Below are positions 57,845-64,000 of a stretch of DNA of 64,000 nucleotides, one piece after another; the first letter of the stretch is position 1; every line of letters starts with the position of its first letter. The stretch is from an uncultured Clostridia bacterium (lineage in GTDB: Bacteria; Bacillota; Clostridia; Christensenellales; CAG-917), in assembly GCA_944332815.1 (NCBI GenBank), contig CALVKQ010000003.1, forward strand, positions 72,419 to 136,418. Reading direction: 5' to 3'. The translations under genes and the position numbers were made by a program. The notes beneath the pieces were generated by a model. The model saw nothing but the letters and a program-made list of their open reading frames with translations, did no database searches and had not been told where the DNA came from.

Positions 57845-58273
57845 TTACAGCACGAAGATGATGAGGATGGCGACTATGAGCGCGTAAATGATGGCGGTTT
57901 CGATGAAGACCAAGCCCAGCATCATGCTGGAACGGATATCGTTCTTCGCCTCGGGCTGGCGCGCTATGCTTTCGTTGGATTTGGAGATGGTGATGCCCAT
58001 CGCTATCGCGCCTGCCGCCGCCACAACGCCTATAGCGACCGCGGCAGCTATAGCTATCATTGCCTTGTTATCATCGGCAGGCTGTTCGGCAGCCTGATTC
58101 GCGGAGCCTTCCTGACCGTCTTCTGCGGCAGCGACCGCGCCGTTTTCCGCGCCTGTTTCCGCTTCCGCAACATTGTCGGTGAACATTATGCCAAGCACCA
58201 GACCGAGCGCGGCAAGCGCGATGACGAGCATAAAAACTGCGGCAACTGCTTTGATGTTAAGAGCTCTTTTCAT
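57845..58273 (-). CDS. atpE: Fo ATP synthase subunit c encoded with an N-terminal extension of about 70 aa (hydrophobic helix plus acidic linker)
   Basis: The C-terminal 70 aa is a canonical c hairpin (ARQPEAKNDI loop, carboxylate in LVFIETAIIY). ATG 58273 (MKRALNIK) has AGAGG 7 nt upstream and lies 1 nt after the atpB stop. There is no good SD before the internal Met. Confidence 0.8.
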   Translation of the reverse strand: MKRALNIKAVAAVFMLVIALAALGLVLGIMFTDNVAEAETGAENGAVAAAEDGQEGSANQAAEQPADDNKAMIAIAAAVAIGVVAAAGAIAMGITISKSNESIARQPEAKNDIRSSMMLGLVFIETAIIYALIVAILIIFVL

Positions 58274-58274
58274 T

Positions 58275-59168
58275 TCAAACCTCTTGTGAAACGGGTATGT
58301 TATTCTGCGCCGCACCGTGTTTTGCGGTCGGCTTTTGTTTTTTAGGTTTCTTGATATGCGGTTCGGACGCCTCGCCGTAGAACATCGTGGTCAGCATGAC
58401 CAGGACATACGACTGTATGAGCGCGTGCAGCAGAGTGAACAGCACTCCTACGATGACGGGCAGCACGAAACTGAGGGAGATATAGTAATACACCAGCTCA
58501 CTGACCAGCAGTCCCGAAAGCAGCGCGCCGAAGAGTCGGAAACTCATGGAGATGGGCAGAGAGAAATCCTTGAGCGTGCGCCCGACGCCGCGAAGCCCTG
58601 CCCCGGCGATGCCGCCCGAAAGTATAACAAAGTAAGACAAAAATCCGAGCGCGATCGCTGCGTTGATGTCCGAAAGAGGCGCCGGTAGCGACACAGAAAC
58701 TCCGCTCGTAGTTTCGACGGGGATGCCGATAAGTTCAAAAGTTGTGCCGACAGCGATATAACAGCCTGCGGCAAACACGTACGCGCCCAATAAACCGTTT
58801 CGGTGAGGGCTGTTCTTCTTTGCTATACCGTCGAACATGCCCACAACGGTTTCGACGAGCAGCTGGAATTTTCCGGGTATGAGCTTAAAGCGCGGCACCG
58901 CGAAAATGCGTATGACAAGAGCGACCCCCAGCAGCAGCAATACGACGGCTATGCTGGAAATGTACGCCGGGTTGACCTCGTAACCGAACAGACTGACCTT
59001 GTTCTCCTCATGCAGCACGGCGTCTTTCATGACTTCGGAGATATCCTCCGTTGTCTGATAAAGAGGATCCGTGAGGATTATCCCTACGATGAGCAGCACG
59101 GCGATCGCGGCGATGACAACTATTGCCGTGATCTTATTCCTTTTGGTCCTTTTTACGTCTTTCGACAT
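58275..59168 (-). CDS. atpB: Fo ATP synthase subunit a
   Basis: 297 aa, polytopic, essential Arg in SMSFRLFGALLSG. GGAGGA upstream. Confidence 0.9.
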   Translation of the reverse strand: MSKDVKRTKRNKITAIVVIAAIAVLLIVGIILTDPLYQTTEDISEVMKDAVLHEENKVSLFGYEVNPAYISSIAVVLLLLGVALVIRIFAVPRFKLIPGKFQLLVETVVGMFDGIAKKNSPHRNGLLGAYVFAAGCYIAVGTTFELIGIPVETTSGVSVSLPAPLSDINAAIALGFLSYFVILSGGIAGAGLRGVGRTLKDFSLPISMSFRLFGALLSGLLVSELVYYYISLSFVLPVIVGVLFTLLHALIQSYVLVMLTTMFYGEASEPHIKKPKKQKPTAKHGAAQNNIPVSQEV

Positions 59169-59192
59169 AAATTCCTCCGATTGTCATTGACG

Positions 59193-59221
59193 ATTATATT
59201 CCCAAACGCACGTATTGGCAA
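59193..59221 (-). promoter_or_regulatory. Candidate atp operon promoter
   Basis: TTGCCA, 17-nt spacer, TATAAT on the minus strand, about 25 nt before atpB. Confidence 0.55.
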
Positions 59222-59260
59222 ACGCTTGACGCACATTTCTCTCTTCTTATTCTTCTCAAT

Positions 59261-59278
59261 AAGGAATATATATTCCTT
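59261..59278. promoter_or_regulatory. Perfect 18-bp palindrome AAGGAATATATATTCCTT upstream of the atp promoter
   Basis: Read directly from the sequence; lies 40 bp upstream of the -35 element. Confidence 0.3.
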
Positions 59279-59461
59279 TCCGAGCCGCACAGCAGCCCTA
59301 AATAGTGCGGAAACGCGCGTCTTTTTAGTGGTTTTCCGCTATTTTTACACATATTGCCCCCGGATATGAAACGACCCGTTCGGCGCCGCAGATCTCCGCC
59401 CTTCGGGAACAGCAACGCACCGCGCTCCTTAAAAAGCGAAAAATTCACTTTTTCCGCAAAG

Positions 59462-59489
59462 GAAAACCCGCCTCGAAAGGCGGGTTTTC
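59462..59489 (-). terminator. Rho-independent terminator after the GPH transporter
   Basis: GAAAACCCGCC-tttcga-GGCGGGTTTTCC on the minus strand. Confidence 0.75.
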
Positions 59490-59505
59490 ATCGGACCGCA
59501 GGGGT

Positions 59506-61470
59506 CTACTCTTCTTTGTCCTCATCATCGGGAGGAGTCTCGGTGACCGTGACGGTGACCTCCTCTTCCTCGGTGCCGTCGGAGGTGACGGTGGTGTCAA
59601 CGGTCTCGTCCACCGTGACGGTGCTGCCGTCCGCGCCCTCCGCCATGAGTTTAACCTCGTTGCGGCGCTTGATCTCGGCGACTGCCTCCTGCTGATCCTT
59701 CTCATTGAACTTGTAGAAGAAGATCGGGATGGCGGAGAGGATGAAGCTGAGCGCCGCGACCAGCATGAGCATGATCCACATGACGTCCTTGCCTTCCGCG
59801 TCCAGCGCACCGGGGTTGTTGGCGGTGACGTCTGCAAAATAGTAACCCATGACGCCGATGAACGCGCCGATAGCCATACCTATCTTGTTGATGAAGGTCT
59901 GCATCGCGAAGCAGATGCCTTCCGCTCTTTCGCCCGTCTTGAGTTCGAGATACTCGATGGTGTCGCCGATCATTGCGTAAGACACTATGTTCGTAAGACC
60001 GGACGGTACACCGGAAACAACGATGGCGAGCAGCGCGATGACGAGAGTCGCCGTCGAGGTGTAGTTGCCTTTGTCGATCGCCATACCGACGATGAACGCG
60101 ATGAGGAGCGCCACGCCGCCTGCGATGTTCGTCCAGATATAGGACTGTTTCTTGCCTATCTTCTTGGTGAGGTAAGGCACCAGGATGGATGCGATGAGTC
60201 CGCCGGGGACGATGGCTATCGTTACCAGCGTGTAAAGCCCTTCGCCGTGCATACCTATAAAGTTGACGCTGTCGAGAACGTATTTGCAGAAGTACAGACC
60301 GCCCGTGTAGGTGAAGACCATTCTTGCCGCGCCCAGGATGCCGGAAATGACGATGAGCATGAGGGGCTTGTTCTTGAACAGCAGAGAGAGGTTGTGTTTG
60401 AGGGACGGGGGCTTGACGTCGTCCAGCTCGCTCGCTCTTTCCTTGGTGCCCTTGAAGCCGACAAAGAAGAGGGGCATGCCGACGGCGACGCAGATGATGG
60501 CAGCGACGAAGTAGATATAACTGAGGTCGTTCTGTTTGTTGTCGAGAGTGCCGTCCAGGATCTTCTGAAGGTCGTTTGCCGTCCAATCCGCGAACGCCTT
60601 GCCTTCGAGCAGCTCGGAGTCATAGTCCGCATAAACTTCGCCCGCGTCGAGCCATGCCTTGTAGGCGGAAGAATCCTCGCCGAGTTCGGCCAGGATGAAC
60701 TCGCCGAGAGTGTCGTAATTTTTGTCGATGTTGTCGAACGCGGCGTCGCGGTTGGCGTCAAAGCTGTAGTCGCCGGAGATCTGCTTACTGTCGACCGCGA
60801 TCTGGACCTGAGAGACGATGCTCTGATAGGCGTTGATCTGGGTCTGCAGATCGCCCGTCATCGCGTTGGTGACCTGAGGCACCACGATGGTGACGATACC
60901 GGCGCCGGCGGTGCACAGCAGACGCGCGATGGTCAGCAGGTTGCCGCGGCGGAAGGTGTCGTTGGACATACGGGAGTTCAGCCCCCAGTAAGGCACGTCG
61001 CAGACGGTGTACACCATGCCCCAGATTATGTACATGATGGACATTGCCGCAAAGCCGCCGGGATTGTTCGGATACCACGGCAGGAAGCACAGGATCGTGA
61101 CCACCGCAACGGGGATCGCCATCCATTTGAGGTAGGGACGGCATTTGCCCCACGGAGTGCGCGTCCTGTCCACGATAGAGCCCATGATCGGGTCGTTCAA
61201 CGCGTCGTAAATTCGCGCAAACAGCATGAGCAGCGCGACGGCAAGTGCGCCATAACCTATCGCGTCCGTCATGAACACCGTGAGATAGGAGCCGATGATG
61301 GTGCAGATGAGGTTCTGACCAAAGCCGCACAGAGAGTATGCTATGCCCTCTTTCGGCTGCATTTCGCCGTCGCCGGGTGTGGTGCCGAACAGCTTATGCC
61401 AAATGCTGCGCTTCTCGGGTACTGCGACTGCGGCGGCGTCTTGCGTGGTTTCGATCTTGATTTCGTCCAT
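59506..61470 (-). CDS. Glycoside-pentoside-hexuronide (GPH) family cation symporter with an enlarged central loop and an acidic T/V/E-rich tail
   Basis: 654 aa. GPH signature DALNDPIMGSIVDRTRTPWGKCRP, about 12 TM helices. An insert of about 120 aa lies between the two 6-TM halves. Confidence 0.8.
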   Translation of the reverse strand: MDEIKIETTQDAAAVAVPEKRSIWHKLFGTTPGDGEMQPKEGIAYSLCGFGQNLICTIIGSYLTVFMTDAIGYGALAVALLMLFARIYDALNDPIMGSIVDRTRTPWGKCRPYLKWMAIPVAVVTILCFLPWYPNNPGGFAAMSIMYIIWGMVYTVCDVPYWGLNSRMSNDTFRRGNLLTIARLLCTAGAGIVTIVVPQVTNAMTGDLQTQINAYQSIVSQVQIAVDSKQISGDYSFDANRDAAFDNIDKNYDTLGEFILAELGEDSSAYKAWLDAGEVYADYDSELLEGKAFADWTANDLQKILDGTLDNKQNDLSYIYFVAAIICVAVGMPLFFVGFKGTKERASELDDVKPPSLKHNLSLLFKNKPLMLIVISGILGAARMVFTYTGGLYFCKYVLDSVNFIGMHGEGLYTLVTIAIVPGGLIASILVPYLTKKIGKKQSYIWTNIAGGVALLIAFIVGMAIDKGNYTSTATLVIALLAIVVSGVPSGLTNIVSYAMIGDTIEYLELKTGERAEGICFAMQTFINKIGMAIGAFIGVMGYYFADVTANNPGALDAEGKDVMWIMLMLVAALSFILSAIPIFFYKFNEKDQQEAVAEIKRRNEVKLMAEGADGSTVTVDETVDTTVTSDGTEEEEVTVTVTETPPDDEDKEE

Positions 61471-61758
61471 AAATGACCCACCTTACAATTTTTTAACAAG
61501 TTAATAATACGGTTGAGCATATAAATCCCGTCCCGTAATAGATATAAAAACACATTTCGTGCCATTTGTCAAATAACGTCCGAAAAGTTTATTCCCACAT
61601 CTTTTTTTTAATGTTAATTTTATATTGAAAAATAATATACAACAAAATAAGGGGTACTGTTGCCTTTTTCTCCACGCTTCGCACTTCGTCCCGCCTGGCA
61701 CTTTGCCCTCGTGATCACCGTGCCGCGAAAATATTTTCCGCCAATTTTCCTCATTCGC

Positions 61759-61787
61759 TTGTGTAAATCTCATTTTTGAGATAAAAT
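61759..61787 (+). promoter_or_regulatory. Candidate promoter of tRNA-Ala
   Basis: TTGTGT, 17-nt spacer, TAAAAT, 27 nt before the tRNA 5' end. Confidence 0.45.
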
Positions 61788-61814
61788 ATCCAATCGATAA
61801 CACCACCTCGTTTC

Positions 61815-61891
61815 GGGGCTTTAGCTCAGTTGGCTAGAGTACTTGTCTGGCAGACAAGGGGTCAGGGGTTCGAATCCCCTAAGCTCCACCA
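61815..61891 (+). tRNA. tRNA-Ala (anticodon GGC), CCA encoded
   Basis: Hand fold: acceptor GGGGCTT/AAGCTCC with the G3:U70 alanine identity pair, anticodon stem CTTGT/ACAAG with loop CTGGCAG, T arm AGGGG-TTCGAAT-CCCCT. Confidence 0.93.
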
Positions 61892-61939
61892 AGAAGAACC
61901 TAAAACGAACCACTTTGGTCGGATTAGGTTCTTCTTTTT
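61892..61939 (+). terminator. Long hairpin plus T-run after tRNA-Ala
   Basis: AGAAGAACCTAA ... TTAGGTTCTTCT followed by TTTT; an inner ACCA-cttt-TGGT pairing is also possible. Confidence 0.7.
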
Positions 61940-61973
61940 ACTGCCCTATTCAGTCACTCTGACTACGGGATCA

Positions 61974-63353
61974 TCACACAAACATCTCTACAGTGATCGC
62001 AAATCTCCGCAATGCCCTCCTTTGCGGGACCTTGAATGCAAAATGCAGTTTGTTGCAGTAAAAAGAAAAGCCCCGCTCATCGTCGGGACTTTTCTTTATC
62101 GGGCTGTTAAAATGTATCTCGATTTTGTCGTCATACAAAATGATCTCTTTGACAAGATATGTGATCAGCTTCATTGGTTCCAACCGCAAGGCTTTTTCAT
62201 AGTATTCTCGGATCTCTTTCTCGGAGTAACTAGTCGCCGTTCTGCTCTTCTCAATCAGTATCTGCTTCTCTAATTTCTCTTGCCGTTCCTCCAATTCTTT
62301 TAATCGCTTAGTTGTAGTGTTCGTCACTACGCCCTTTTCTATTGCGAACATGATATTTTCGATCGCTGTATCCGTCTGATGTTTGTCCTTTTGAAGTAAA
62401 TTGAGCGCGGTATTCATTTTTGCTTGTCGTGTCTGTTCTGCCATAACACCCGAAACAATAGCATTTTTAATATCCTCTTCCTGCAATGCCTGCACGACAT
62501 GGTCAATGACTATGTGTTCCAAAAGATCCTTACGTATAGGTGCTTTCTTACAATCTCCACCATGCTTCCTTCCCAAACATTTGTAGTAATATTTGCGTTC
62601 ACCGTTATGCGAGGTACCACATTCGGCGTTGACGGATCGTCCGCAGTAACCACACTTTAATTTGTGGCGAAGCAGATAATCCACTTGCACGCTTTGCTTG
62701 CCATAGCGGTTGGATTCGATCTTTCGACGCACTTTGTCATATGTCTTTGGGGGAACTATGGGAGGATAAATATTATAAAACGCCTCACCGTTGTAGTGGT
62801 ATACTCCCGAATACCGTTCGTTTTTCAACAGCTTATAGACTGTCGTGCGACAGAATGGCTTTCCTCTGTACAATATACCTCTTTCCGTCAACGCGGTTAT
62901 TATATCGCGCACATATACGCCTGACGCATATTGTTCGAATATGTATCGTACAACTTCCGCCTGTTCTTCAACGATGACGGCTTTCTTGTCCACATTCTTA
63001 TAACCGTACAGCACCCTTCCTCCCGTAAGGTTCCCTTTGCGCCTGCTCTCGTTGTTCCCTCGTCGTATCTTCTGTGAAAGCTCTGCGGAATAGTATTCGG
63101 CATAGCCCTCGATCCATTTTTTAGGCGTCATGGTGAAATAATTGTGCCCGGCTTCGCTTCTAAACGTATCGAATTCGACACGGTTAAAACTCGGATTGTT
63201 CAACTGCTCCCACAGCCCCAAATACTGTATCGTGTCGATCCTGCGCATCCAGTTTTGGATCACAAACCGAGGTTCATCCTGATTTTTATATCTCGCTATG
63301 TCTGTCAATGAAAAATAATCGTCCTTATTGATGTGTATCGCCTGATCAAGCAC
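61974..63353 (-). pseudogene. Chimeric ORF: KilA-N-like fragment fused to a large serine recombinase that lacks its catalytic resolvase domain (mobile-element remnant)
   Basis: Residues 1-83 (DDYFSLTDIARYKNQDEPRFVIQNWMRRIDTIQYLGLWEQLNNPSFNRVEFDTFRSEAG..KKWIE) look like a KilA-N protein. From AEYYSAELSQKIRRG onward it reads as the end of resolvase helix E, then the recombinase domain, a zinc ribbon (CGYCG...C) and a coiled coil. No Ser-nucleophile region is present. GTG start with an in-frame stop 4 codons upstream. AT-rich. Confidence 0.65.
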
Positions 63354-63438
63354 CGTAATTCCTTATTTTTCATTCCTTCGCGACCTCTGTGATATCTTTT
63401 GATTTATTTTAGCACAGGGGCACAAGGCGCGACGAGGC

Positions 63439-63987
63439 TCATCCCGGTATAAGCCGCGTGGCGCTTTGGGTTTCGGTGCCGCCCTCGAAGACTTTGACCG
63501 TGATGGTGGAGGGCGAGTTTGCGTTGGTGCCCGTGACTGCGATGGCGATGTAGTCGGAAGGCGTCGCGCCCTCACCTGCGCTCGGGAATATGATGAAGCT
63601 TTGGTCGGGTTTGCCGTTCATACTCGCGTAGTAGGCGAAAGGATAAGGCATATCGTCGCCGTAGAGGCGGATGAGCTCGTTGCAGACCGTTTCGGCTGTG
63701 GGGGTGACGATCTGGATGTTGCCGTCCGTCGGGCCGGTGGCGGAACCGTCGGGGTTTATGTCTATCTCATGCCCGCCGGAGCGGATGTCCAGGACGATGG
63801 AGACCGCCCATGAGGCGACGTCCTCGGCGTAGACGGTGTTGGCGGCTTGCTGCGCGTCGTCGATGAAGTGGATGGTGGTGGGGACGACGATGCCGGCGAG
63901 GATCGCCATTATTGCAATGACGACGAGGAGCTCCACGAGGGTGAAGCCCTTTTTTCCGTGATGGGATGTCGTCTTGCGGATGGTCAT
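63439..63987 (-). CDS. Type IV pilin/pseudopilin-like protein (prepilin N-terminal cleavage/methylation domain)
   Basis: HHGKKG|FTLVELLVVIAIMAILAGIVVP class III signal with Glu at +5. 182 aa. Confidence 0.8.
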   Translation of the reverse strand: MTIRKTTSHHGKKGFTLVELLVVIAIMAILAGIVVPTTIHFIDDAQQAANTVYAEDVASWAVSIVLDIRSGGHEIDINPDGSATGPTDGNIQIVTPTAETVCNELIRLYGDDMPYPFAYYASMNGKPDQSFIIFPSAGEGATPSDYIAIAVTGTNANSPSTITVKVFEGGTETQSATRLIPG

Positions 63988-64000
63988 GGCGCTCCTATTG

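Noticed and set aside
57845-58060. Na+ specificity of the c subunit, suggested by the ET in LVFIETAIIY.
   Set aside because: The helix-1 Gln of the Na+ site aligns with Ile (GIT instead of GQG) and the Ser/Thr pair is only half present. The evidence is insufficient either way, so I make no claim.
59194-59448. 84-aa ORF upstream of atpB as a candidate AtpI.
   Set aside because: It is not hydrophobic and is Arg/Cys/Gly-rich. It overlaps the predicted atp promoter and the 18-bp palindrome, and it has no SD.
61471-61814. Riboswitch or leader in the long AT-rich region upstream of the GPH transporter.
   Set aside because: I recognised no conserved riboswitch core. The region also has to hold the divergent tRNA-Ala promoter, and AT-richness alone is not evidence.

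Overview
This is a chromosomal, mostly housekeeping window from a fairly GC-rich Firmicutes/Clostridia-type bacterium. The taxon is inferred from gene order only: priA-def-fmt-rsmB-rlmN, pcrA-ligA, rho, lepA-hemW, rpsP-KH-rimM-trmD, ylxM-ffh, ftsY/smc/rnc/plsX/rpmF, pta-ackA, nrdAB and an atp operon. I count about 55 protein genes, all but five on the minus strand, plus 2 tRNAs. There is no rRNA, no CRISPR array and no intact transposase or integrase. The many long plus-strand ORFs in the track are antisense shadows of GC-rich minus-strand genes. Six things stand out. (1) The tRNA-Ser(GGA) locus at 14.98-17.43 kb is cut up by nested copies of the tRNA 3' end and a 74-bp flank duplication, and it holds an AT-richer single-gene DUF262/HxxP-nuclease (GmrSD/SspE-like) defence cassette with no integrase. 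(2) The F1Fo operon has no stand-alone delta gene: a delta C-terminal-domain-like segment is fused to the N-terminus of alpha, and the c subunit is encoded with a signal-peptide-like helix plus an acidic tail. (3) One gene encodes a charge-segregated (acidic block, then AKKAA-type basic block) disordered protein ending in tandem DUF1508/YegP domains. (4) The trmD-rbgA spacer carries two 96-nt direct repeats whose hairpin is kept by a compensatory change. (5) An AT-rich remnant next to tRNA-Ala encodes a chimeric KilA-N fragment fused to a large serine recombinase that lacks its catalytic domain. (6) There are several candidate operator or leader elements: NrdR-like boxes, GTGAAACAT repeats upstream of smc, a structured leader before tRNA-Ser, and a palindrome upstream of atp. 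I do not see a clear multi-gene novel system. The atp architecture and the tRNA-Ser islet are the best candidates for follow-up. All calls rest on reading the translated ORFs and the sequence by eye; no database search was possible.
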